Positions 1-6,945 of a stretch of DNA of 12,271 bases are shown piece by piece. Positions within the stretch are counted from its first letter, which is position 1. Each line of letters starts with the position of its first letter. The stretch spans positions 1 through 12,271 of the forward strand of contig CBFGIT010000052.1 of assembly GCA_965648905.1 (NCBI GenBank). The letters run 5' to 3'. The stretch is from a candidate division WOR-3 bacterium. GTDB taxonomy: Bacteria > Hydrothermota > Tepidihabitantia > Tepidihabitantales > Tepidihabitantaceae. The notes beneath the pieces were generated by a model. It was given only the letters and a program-made list of their open reading frames with translations. It searched no databases and was not told the origin of the DNA. The translations under genes were made by a program, and so were the position numbers.

Positions 1-12
1 CAGGAGGTTTGT

Positions 13-420
13 ATGAGAAAAGATGATAGGAAAGCTGGGAATGAAACCCGGACCGAGAGGACAATCCGGCGGTACTGGCAGGGCGTGAACCGGGCCGGGT
101 CGAATGAGCCGACCCCGCTCAAGCGGTTGCTGATGGCCGAGCGTTATGCTGAGCAGGCTGGCCTGAATCAGGCAGTGAACCAGGCAGTGCGCCAGGTGAC
201 CGATTCTCAGGGCGTGCCGAGCTGGCTGCGGTTCTGGTACGCGAGTTTTGGCCGTGAGGTGATGAAGCTGCTCAGGACCTGTCCGCGCGGTGCGTTGGAC
301 AATGAGCTGGCCGCGGTCCGGCTGAAGTGGACGCTGCGCAAGCTTGATCCCGGAATCATGACCCTGGTGGAGCAAGCGGTGGCAGCAGCCGTGGCAGAGA
401 CCGGCGAAGGCGGAAGCTAG
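13..420 (+). CDS. Small alpha-helical protein (135 aa), paralogue of 2461-2838; putative SIRV2/Adnaviria major-capsid-protein-like fold
   Basis: AGGAGG at 2-7 precedes ATG 13. An ungapped 47-aa block (KRLLMAER...YASFGREV) shares 16 identities with 2461-2838, followed by a shared E-x-KWxxRxL motif. The fold call rests on a recalled SIRV2 coat protein sequence, not a search. Confidence 0.7.
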   Translation: MRKDDRKAGNETRTERTIRRYWQGVNRAGSNEPTPLKRLLMAERYAEQAGLNQAVNQAVRQVTDSQGVPSWLRFWYASFGREVMKLLRTCPRGALDNELAAVRLKWTLRKLDPGIMTLVEQAVAAAVAETGEGGS

Positions 421-430
421 AGCACTGCGG

Positions 431-568
431 GCTGCGCCCGCCAAGTCAAAATGCAGATTGCAGATGTCAAACTGGAAATGCCGGAAAACGAACGGCGATA
501 TGCGAACTGCACGCTGTGCCCGCCGGGGCAAGTATCAGGATGCGAAGGTCAAAGCGCAAGATGAGGAG
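431..568 (+). repeat. Two degenerate heptamer-periodic arrays, each preceded by GCTGYGCCCGCC (82-bp spacing)
   Basis: 445-514: gtcaaaa|tgcagat|tgcagat|gtcaaac|tggaaat|gccggaa|aacgaac|ggcgata|tgcgaac|tgcacgc. 527-568: ggcaagt|atcagga|tgcgaag|gtcaaag|cgcaaga|tgaggag. Leader motif at 431-442 and 513-524. Confidence 0.65.
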
Positions 569-668
569 AATGACCAGGGCATGGGCGCTGGTGACCTTCC
601 AGGTTCCGAGCCGTGTGCCGCACCGCGACAGGAGTGGAAGACAGGGGCAGCGCAAGTAGAATGAAATG

Positions 669-1265
669 ATGGCTGACGCGAAAGAGGCAAAGCCGAGCCC
701 GCTGGCCAGTTCGACCCTTAATGAGCTGGTCGAGCAGGCCAAAGCCGGCGACGAGGCAGCGTTCAACGAGCTGCACCGGCGTTACTACGACGGAACCCTG
801 GGCATGTGCCGGGCCAGTCTCGGCGACCCGGACGTCGCCCGGCTGGCCGCAGACGAGACTTTCGCCGATGCGTTCACCCACATCAGGACTTTTCGCGGCA
901 AGGCGAAGTTCACCACCTGGCTGTACAAGATCTGCGAGCGCCGCATCCTGAAGCACAAGCAGGGAACAAAGCAGGCAAAGAGCGAGGAGACCGGGCACGA
1001 CCTGGAACTTGTCGAGCCGGCTGGTCCGGGTTCCCGCACCACCTGTTCGCCTGAAGAGCTGCACGAACGCCGGCTCGGCTATCTGGACCTGGTGAAGGAC
1101 ATTCTGGGGCTGCCGAAAGAGGAATCGACGACCATGGTCTTGCTGCACGGGTTCCAGCTCAGCGTGGCCGAAGCTGCCTGGGTCCTGGGCGTTTCCGAGG
1201 ATGCGGTGTACATGCGGGTCTCACGGGCAAGGAAGCGTCTGCGCAACGCGAAAGAAGATGGTTAG
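669..1265 (+). CDS. ECF-type sigma-70 family RNA polymerase sigma factor (start 666 or 669)
   Basis: Region 2 (LVEQAKAGDEAAFNELHRRY...FRGKAKFTTWLYKI) and region 4 HTH (LSVAEAAWVLGVSEDAVYMRVSRARKRLR). No SD; TAGAAT at 657-662 lies 6 nt before ATG 669. Confidence 0.92.
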   Translation: MADAKEAKPSPLASSTLNELVEQAKAGDEAAFNELHRRYYDGTLGMCRASLGDPDVARLAADETFADAFTHIRTFRGKAKFTTWLYKICERRILKHKQGTKQAKSEETGHDLELVEPAGPGSRTTCSPEELHERRLGYLDLVKDILGLPKEESTTMVLLHGFQLSVAEAAWVLGVSEDAVYMRVSRARKRLRNAKEDG

Positions 1266-2229
1266 GCGGTCTTTTCTCATCCGGGCCTGGCAGGTCGAGC
1301 GGCTGGCAGCACTCTGGCAGGCCAGCCAGAACACGCCGGCATCAGTCCGGCTGAGTGATAAGGAAGCATCGGTCGACGTCAAGGACCTTCAGGCGCTGCT
1401 GCGCTTTCTGCCGGTCGAGCGCAGCCGGGTTGTGCTGAGCGTGGACGGGCCGGACGAAAAGCAGACCCTGGCCGCACTAGGTCGCCTGCTTGAGTCTGTG
1501 ACCGAGCCGGTTGATTCGCTGGAGCGGTACTTCGAGCTCTGCCGTGTGGCCGCGCCGTATCCGGAAGAGGACAAAGCCCGAAGCTGGGTCAGGGTGCGCC
1601 GGCTCATGTCCCGGCCGATGCAGGAGAAGCTGACTCTGCGCCTGAAGCGGTTTGCCGCCGGGACTGGCCGGGCAAGGATATCTGACCGTAAGGACCTGGT
1701 CTTGCTCCTGCTTTACGTCAAGGGCCGGTTCGGCCATCTCTGCGAAGGCGTGCTCGGCACCACAAGAATCCTCAAGCTGCTCTTTCTGGCCACGAAGCAG
1801 TTACCGGCAAACGAGCTGGTGGCCGTTCCCTACCGGTTCGTGCCGTACCGGTTCGGCCCGTTCACCGGCCAGGTGTATGACGACCTGGAGATGCTTATCC
1901 AGACCGGGCTGGTCGAACGCACTGAACTGGACCAGGACGGCACCCCGACGACCCGGGCGGACGCAGACCTTGACGAAGGGTTCAGGTTCAACGGGCTGGC
2001 CACACTGTACCGGCTGACCGAGAAAGGCGAGCAGTTCGCCCGGGCTTTGCTCGCCGATGTCGAGCGGCGCAGGCCCGGTCTGGCCGAGGGACTTGCCGTG
2101 CTCAAAGCCCGATTCGGCCGCCTGCCTCTGCGCGACCTGGTGCGCTACATCTACACAAACTACCCGGAGTTTGCGACCGAATCTGAGATTGCCGAGCAGG
2201 TGCTGGGAGAAGAGGACCGCACGCAGTAG
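1258..2229 (+). CDS. Multidomain protein (323 aa): uncharacterised N-terminal part plus a C-terminal Panacea/SocA (DUF4065)/YwgA-like winged-helix domain; candidate anti-sigma or regulator
   Basis: ATG 1258 overlaps the sigma gene end by 8 nt. C-terminal motifs GTTRILKLLFL, YRFVPYRFGPFTGQVYDDLEML...GLVE, YRLTEKG and PLRDLVRYIYTNYPEF match the family pattern as I know it. Confidence 0.75.
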   Translation: MVRRSFLIRAWQVERLAALWQASQNTPASVRLSDKEASVDVKDLQALLRFLPVERSRVVLSVDGPDEKQTLAALGRLLESVTEPVDSLERYFELCRVAAPYPEEDKARSWVRVRRLMSRPMQEKLTLRLKRFAAGTGRARISDRKDLVLLLLYVKGRFGHLCEGVLGTTRILKLLFLATKQLPANELVAVPYRFVPYRFGPFTGQVYDDLEMLIQTGLVERTELDQDGTPTTRADADLDEGFRFNGLATLYRLTEKGEQFARALLADVERRRPGLAEGLAVLKARFGRLPLRDLVRYIYTNYPEFATESEIAEQVLGEEDRTQ

Positions 2230-2245
2230 AAAGAACAGAGTAGCC

Positions 2246-2279
2246 AGTCGGGCCGGTGAATGCCGGCCCGGCTCTTTTC
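2246..2279 (+). terminator. Rho-independent terminator after the sigma-partner gene pair
   Basis: 12-bp stem agtcgggccggt/gccggcccggct (two G-U pairs), loop gaat, followed by cttttc. Confidence 0.7.
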
Positions 2280-2288
2280 GGGCGATGT

Positions 2289-2319
2289 TAGATTGGCGCG
2301 TCCCGGCCGCTCTAATCTA
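2289..2319. promoter_or_regulatory. Imperfect inverted repeat TAGATTGG-N15-CTAATCTA overlapping a possible -10 (TAATCT 2313-2318)
   Basis: Seen directly between the terminator and the 2461 gene; operator function is inferred. Confidence 0.35.
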
Positions 2320-2444
2320 TCGGTGAGCGGAAAGAAGGAGAGATCAGAATGAGGAGAAGAGAATCCGGCCGGAAGGACAGAGCAGCGGGCAGCAGTCCGG
2401 CAAAGCGCAACCGGCCCAATGCTCTGAAGCGGAAACGTCCGCAG

Positions 2445-2455
2445 AAAGGAGGTGA
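2445..2455 (+). promoter_or_regulatory. Very strong Shine-Dalgarno sequence AAAGGAGGTGA
   Basis: Extended anti-SD complement 5 nt before ATG 2461, which fixes the start at 2461 rather than 2452. Confidence 0.85.
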
Positions 2456-2460
2456 TTACC

Positions 2461-2838
2461 ATGCCAACTGACCCGGCAAAGAGAGTCGCGAACTGGGACG
2501 CAGGCTTCGACACCGCGGCCGTCAAGGCCAAGGTGGACAAGAAGCGGGCCGACATGCTCAGCCGCGTTCAGGCTCAGTTCACCTCGCTGGCCTCGATGGA
2601 GGCCCAGGTGAAGCAGGTCCTCGACCTGGCGGGTGCGTCGGTCATCGAGTACCCGTTCTATCTGAGCTTTGGCCGCGAGCTCTGGAGCATGACCCACGAG
2701 CGGGAAATCTCTGGCGAAGCTGCCGCGATTGAGGCCGAGCTGCTCATTGTGAAATGGGTGGCACGCGGTCTTGCTCGCAGCGTGCTGGAGACGATCCGCA
2801 CCGGCGTCTTCAACATCGCGCCGCCTTCCAGTCCGTAA
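2461..2838 (+). CDS. 125-aa helical protein resembling the SIRV2-type (Adnaviria) major capsid / A-form DNA-wrapping protein
   Basis: Compared with the rudivirus coat protein as recalled from memory: KRVANWDAGF vs QRYAKWQAKF; ASMEAQVKQVLDLAGASVIEYPFYLSFGREL vs TSVNEQVSAVLSEYGITGPNRAIYQGFGLKV; RSVLETI vs PTVLDAV. Length is similar and motif order is the same. The CDS is well supported; the fold needs confirmation. Confidence 0.75.
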   Translation: MPTDPAKRVANWDAGFDTAAVKAKVDKKRADMLSRVQAQFTSLASMEAQVKQVLDLAGASVIEYPFYLSFGRELWSMTHEREISGEAAAIEAELLIVKWVARGLARSVLETIRTGVFNIAPPSSP

Positions 2839-2848
2839 GGCGAAACCG

Positions 2849-2882
2849 CAGCGGCGGCAGGGAGAGCTGCATCCCTGCCGCC
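2849..2882. repeat. 34-bp palindromic repeat, copy 1 (REP-like hairpin or possible terminator)
   Basis: cagcggcggcagggagagctgcatccctgccgcc has a perfect 11-bp stem ggcggcaggga/tccctgccgcc and an 8-nt loop. It is identical to 6851-6884. Confidence 0.9.
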
Positions 2883-2907
2883 TCCGCCTACGCTGCGGCG
2901 GCAGTAG

Positions 2908-2978
2908 GTCAAGAGGCAAAGTGCAAGTATCAAAGGGCAAGACGGCGGATGACAGAAGGCGACGGGCGAAGGACGGGC
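2908..2978 (+). repeat. Degenerate heptamer-periodic array
   Basis: gtcaaga|ggcaaag|tgcaagt|atcaaag|ggcaaga(c)|ggcggat|gacagaa|ggcgacg|ggcgaag|gacgggc. 2936-2970 matches 10490-10524 at 29/35 nt. Confidence 0.75.
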
Positions 2979-3072
2979 GGCGCTCCCGAGACCGGTCTCA
3001 ATCATTCCGGGATGTGTCACCCGAACTCCCCCGTGATGGCCTTCACCCGTGCAGGGACATCAGGCGTGACCA

Positions 3073-6000
3073 TCAGTCTCCTTCCACAATCCTGACTTCT
3101 TCTTCCTTCAGCCCGTACAGCTCGTACACCAACGCGTCGATTCTGGACTGCGTCGAGGCGACTTTGCGCAGGAGCGACCGGGCTTCGGAAACGACCTCCT
3201 TCTCTTTGGCCTGGTACGTGGCAAGGTCGCGAGCGAGAGGCGTCTCCCTGAGTTCGTCCCATGAGGCGCCGATGTGTCTGCCGAATACGCCCCGAAGATA
3301 CCGGGCGACTTCTTTGGGCGCGATAATCGTGATGAGCTTGCGGCCCTTGCCGGTCAGCGGTAACTGGGAGAGGCGCTCCTCTCCGGGCTTGGTGAAGAGG
3401 TCGGCCGCGGGCGCAACGTCGCCGACCTTGCTCAGTACGAAGTCCGAGACGTTCTGAGGCTTGGCCGTGACCTTCGGGTGGTTCTTGACCTTACGCAGGT
3501 CGCGGTCGGGCAACGCACGCGTGACGGCCTCGACATTGGGCTCAGGCAACTCCTCAGGAGATGAGAGTCGAGTTAGCCTCGCCGCGAAGAACGGATTCAG
3601 CCTGGCCAGCGCATGCTTGGTAGCAATCATGTCGTCCACCAGTGCCACCAGCCTGTCGTGCCGGGCTGCGTCGGCCCTGTCGTCGAAGTTGATGCGGCGG
3701 ACCGGAATCCTGAACAGAATCGACTGCCTTGTCATCCCCTTCTGCCTGGCCCTGTCACTAAGCCACGTGCGAACCGCGCCGGAGTTCAGAAGCCCGAGGA
3801 CGTACTTGAGCGACTCGCGCACGCCGGGCTTCAGGGCAATGATGTTCAGGTCGGAGTTCTCGTAGAACTCGCCGGTCTGATAGGCAAACGACTTGAGGTC
3901 ACCACCCCAGCGCGGCGTGACGATCTTGGGTCCCTCCAAGACGGCACGCGAACGTGCCCAATGGAGGCTGAACCACGGCAGTTTGCCTTCCGTTACCTCT
4001 CGCTTCTGTGAGATGATCTCTCGGTATTTCTCCAAGTGCGCGAGCGCGTTGTGATGCTCTGCAATGCTCGTGCCCTTGTTGACGTACAGCACATACTCCG
4101 TCGGTTCGAGAGCCAGGTCCACAACGTAGGGGGACACTGCCGAGTTCCTGTAGGTCGGCTTGAGCAGGCGGGCGTCACCAGAGTTCAGTATCCCCGAATC
4201 GACGGCCTCGTTCTCCGAAAGAACGAATATGCCGTCACCGACCTTCGTGCCATTCGCCTGCCGCTTGCGCTGCGGTATGAGTTCAATGCTCTTGGTCGTG
4301 ACCGAGTCGGCGCCGGACACAATGCCCTGGACGATGTCGGCCATGTTCTCAAGCGGCTCGCCCCTGCTCTCAATCGTTCTGACACCTTTGCTTGTGGCAC
4401 CGTGCATGAGGCCGTTCCACGGCCCTTCGTCGAGGTCGCCTTGCCTGACCGAGCTGTAGGAGACGTCCACGAACTCGTCGGAGTGGTGGGACTTGTCAAT
4501 TACCCCAGACAAGTGCTCGACCACGCGGGCAATCGCCGACCGTGGTTTGGCTCCGCCGGACTGCGGTTTCTCCGGCGGAACCGCTTTGACCCTGGCAACT
4601 TTGATGCGGTGCTTCTGCTTGCGGGCGACCGCGTCGTTGTCGGTCATGCCGTCGGTGTGGCTGTTGGTCGCCCTGGTGCTCGGCAGCTTCTCCAGGATGA
4701 AAACCATGTTGTGCTGGCCGGGCGCGCCTTCGAAGATGCGGGTCTCGCCGAAGTCGATGACCTCGTGTATCAGGGCGTTTTCGAGGATGAACTCGCGCAG
4801 CTTGGACGCGCCGTCCGCAGTCGGCCAGTAGGACGTTGTGATGAACCCCAATTTGCCGCCGGTCCGCAGCTTGGCCAGGCCGAGCATCACGAACCAGTAG
4901 AAGTAGTCCATCTTGCCCTGATAGTACCTGTCCCAGTAGGGGATGTTCCGGCGCGTGTCCCGGAAGAGTTCTTTGTGCCCCTTTTCGCCGACGTAGGGCG
5001 GGTTGGAGCAAACGTAGTCGAAGTCGTTCTGCGCCGTGAGTTCGGCCCGGGTGAGGCCTTTGGCGTCGTGCTCGATAGTTTCGCTCAACCGGTCGTGGAC
5101 CACGGCGCTGCCCTCAAACAGGGGGCGCGACCCGATGAGCGCGAGCGAGTCGCCCGGCACGGTGCGCAGAGTGACCATGCGCGTGTTGTTGGTCAGGTGC
5201 TTGTTCGCCTTGACGATGTCGCTGATGACCGGCGTCAGTTGAATGAGCAGGTTGACTTCGGTGATGTAGTGCGCGAACAGGCTGATTTCACAGCCGCACA
5301 GGCCGCCGGTGATGCTGTGCAGGATGTCGAGCAGGTCGTCCGCGTCCTCGCGGTTATACGTTGTGCGGGTGCGGATTCGATATGCAGCCTCGACCAGGAA
5401 CCCACCCGAGCCGGTGGCCACGTCGAGAATCTGGACCGGGTGACGTTCGCCGCCTTCGTGGCGGAAGAAGGCGTCGCTGTCGGTGAAGCCGACGCGGTCC
5501 CATATGAGACGGATGACGTCGCGCGGGGTGTAGTACTGGCCTTTGTTCTTCCGGTCGATTCGGTCCACGAACTGCTCGTATACGGTCCCGAGCACGTCGG
5601 TATCGAGTCGACCGAGGTTGTAGTGGGCGAATTCGTAAAGCACGTCGATGATGGCGTCTTCGGATGGTGGCGAGTACCAGAAGTAGTTGTGCGATTCGTT
5701 GAAGAGCCAACTGTAGTGACGGCCGGCCATGGCAAAGGCCTCGGTCAGGACACGCTGGATTTCGCGCTGCTGGATGTCATACCACCGGGCAAAACCGCCG
5801 TTGTAGAGCTTCTGTTCGAGGAAGCCGACGTCTTCCCACATGCGGGCAATGAGGAACCGCGTCATGGTGAAGTAGGCGACACGGGTAAGGAAGACATCGA
5901 AGGCCTTCTGTTCGAGCGAGCCGGTGCGGGCGTTCACATATCTCGCCAGGTCGTCGTCCGCGACCGGCACGCGACGCCGGTCAAGCTCGCTGGCGATTTC

Positions 6001-6771
6001 CGCGAGCTCGCTCATGAGCTTGCGTCGGACCTGAGCCAACGCGCGATGCCTCAAGTTCTGGTCGAGGTCGCGCGCGAACCGTCGCGCGTCCTCGGTCAGG
6101 ATGCGCACCACGGTATGGATGGTCGCCACAAGCTCATCCGGGTCGATGTCGGGCAGTGTGTCCGGCTGAGGCGCGTTCTTGATGAGCTCGACCTTTGCGC
6201 GCCGGTCCAAAGTCTGATGTCGGAACTGCGCCACGAAGCTGAGGAGGGACCTGACCTCCGGCCGTTCGAGCAGGTCCTGGGGACGGTCTTTGGCGATGCG
6301 GTACAACGATAGCACGCTCACCCGGCTGGTCACCAGACCGGTTCTGTCGTACACGAGGATGTCGCGCATGTTCGCCAGCACCCCGAAGGAGAACGGTCCC
6401 CCGAGATACCGGCGCATCTGTGACTCATGAACGGTGAGGTCGCGCGAATCAGAGCCCTTGACCTCGAAGAAGAATGGATGGAGCAACGTGTCAGCCGGCT
6501 GGAAGTCCGGGACGCCGGTCGGACGGGCGTGCTCAGGCAGGAAGGCGTCCGTAGGGAACCCAAGCACCTCCTTGAGGAAGTCGATGAAGATCTTCGGCTT
6601 GATGAACTCGTCTTCGTCCGGGAAGCCGCCAGAGCCCATGTAGGAGGCGTAGTCGGCAAACATGCCGTGCGAGAGTTGTGAGTACAGCTTCGCGTAGCGG
6701 TCGAGGATCTCGACCAGTTTGCCGACGAGGGCTTCTGCTTCGCCCTTTGGGAAGGGATTCAGGCGGTCCAC
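3073..6771 (-). CDS. Type IIG restriction-modification enzyme (fused endonuclease, N6-adenine methyltransferase and TaqI-C-like target recognition domain), 1232 aa
   Basis: N-terminal PD-(D/E)xK motif (VPDF...FFEVK), GQYYTP, motif I ILDVATGSGGFL preceding motif IV NPPY (gamma-class order), and the typical C-terminus IDALVYELYGLKEEEVRIVE. GTG start. Confidence 0.93.
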   Translation of the reverse strand: MDRLNPFPKGEAEALVGKLVEILDRYAKLYSQLSHGMFADYASYMGSGGFPDEDEFIKPKIFIDFLKEVLGFPTDAFLPEHARPTGVPDFQPADTLLHPFFFEVKGSDSRDLTVHESQMRRYLGGPFSFGVLANMRDILVYDRTGLVTSRVSVLSLYRIAKDRPQDLLERPEVRSLLSFVAQFRHQTLDRRAKVELIKNAPQPDTLPDIDPDELVATIHTVVRILTEDARRFARDLDQNLRHRALAQVRRKLMSELAEIASELDRRRVPVADDDLARYVNARTGSLEQKAFDVFLTRVAYFTMTRFLIARMWEDVGFLEQKLYNGGFARWYDIQQREIQRVLTEAFAMAGRHYSWLFNESHNYFWYSPPSEDAIIDVLYEFAHYNLGRLDTDVLGTVYEQFVDRIDRKNKGQYYTPRDVIRLIWDRVGFTDSDAFFRHEGGERHPVQILDVATGSGGFLVEAAYRIRTRTTYNREDADDLLDILHSITGGLCGCEISLFAHYITEVNLLIQLTPVISDIVKANKHLTNNTRMVTLRTVPGDSLALIGSRPLFEGSAVVHDRLSETIEHDAKGLTRAELTAQNDFDYVCSNPPYVGEKGHKELFRDTRRNIPYWDRYYQGKMDYFYWFVMLGLAKLRTGGKLGFITTSYWPTADGASKLREFILENALIHEVIDFGETRIFEGAPGQHNMVFILEKLPSTRATNSHTDGMTDNDAVARKQKHRIKVARVKAVPPEKPQSGGAKPRSAIARVVEHLSGVIDKSHHSDEFVDVSYSSVRQGDLDEGPWNGLMHGATSKGVRTIESRGEPLENMADIVQGIVSGADSVTTKSIELIPQRKRQANGTKVGDGIFVLSENEAVDSGILNSGDARLLKPTYRNSAVSPYVVDLALEPTEYVLYVNKGTSIAEHHNALAHLEKYREIISQKREVTEGKLPWFSLHWARSRAVLEGPKIVTPRWGGDLKSFAYQTGEFYENSDLNIIALKPGVRESLKYVLGLLNSGAVRTWLSDRARQKGMTRQSILFRIPVRRINFDDRADAARHDRLVALVDDMIATKHALARLNPFFAARLTRLSSPEELPEPNVEAVTRALPDRDLRKVKNHPKVTAKPQNVSDFVLSKVGDVAPAADLFTKPGEERLSQLPLTGKGRKLITIIAPKEVARYLRGVFGRHIGASWDELRETPLARDLATYQAKEKEVVSEARSLLRKVASTQSRIDALVYELYGLKEEEVRIVEGD

Positions 6772-6779
6772 GCTGCGTT

Positions 6780-6807
6780 AGCTTAGCGCGCACGCAGCAG
6801 CAGTCAA
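6780..6807 (-). promoter_or_regulatory. Sigma70-type promoter TTGACT-N16-TAAGCT; probable leaderless RM transcript
   Basis: -35 at 6807-6802 and -10 at 6785-6780, with 8 nt to the GTG at 6771 and no SD. Confidence 0.6.
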
Positions 6808-6850
6808 GATGGCGGGTTACGGCTACGGCCCTTGGCCGGATGACACGGAC

Positions 6851-6884
6851 CAGCGGCGGCAGGGAGAGCTGCATCCCTGCCGCC
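6851..6884. repeat. 34-bp palindromic repeat, copy 2
   Basis: Identical to and in the same orientation as 2849-2882, 4002 bp away. Confidence 0.9.
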
Positions 6885-6945
6885 GTGGCCTGGTTGCAGC
6901 ACCAGGGACCGCGCAAGTCGGTCTCCCCTGCTGCTCGGAACCGAG

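Noticed and set aside
458..664. 68-aa ORF between MCP-like A and the sigma gene
   Set aside because: It has a TTG start without SD and is just a translation of the heptamer arrays.
2340..2460. Riboswitch (e.g. c-di-GMP-I) in the leader of the 2461 gene
   Set aside because: I could not fit the conserved stems or tetraloop/receptor by eye; an Infernal scan would be needed.
1..2838. Intact provirus
   Set aside because: No integrase, replication, packaging or att features in the window. This cannot be excluded for sequence upstream of base 1.
4036..6312. 758-aa plus-strand ORF
   Set aside because: It is an antisense shadow of the RM gene, expected in high-GC coding DNA, with no recognisable motifs.
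2849..6884. 34-bp repeats as a CRISPR array or integron attC sites
   Set aside because: There are only two copies, 4 kb apart, with no cas or integrase gene and no RYYYAAC/GTTRRRY core sites.
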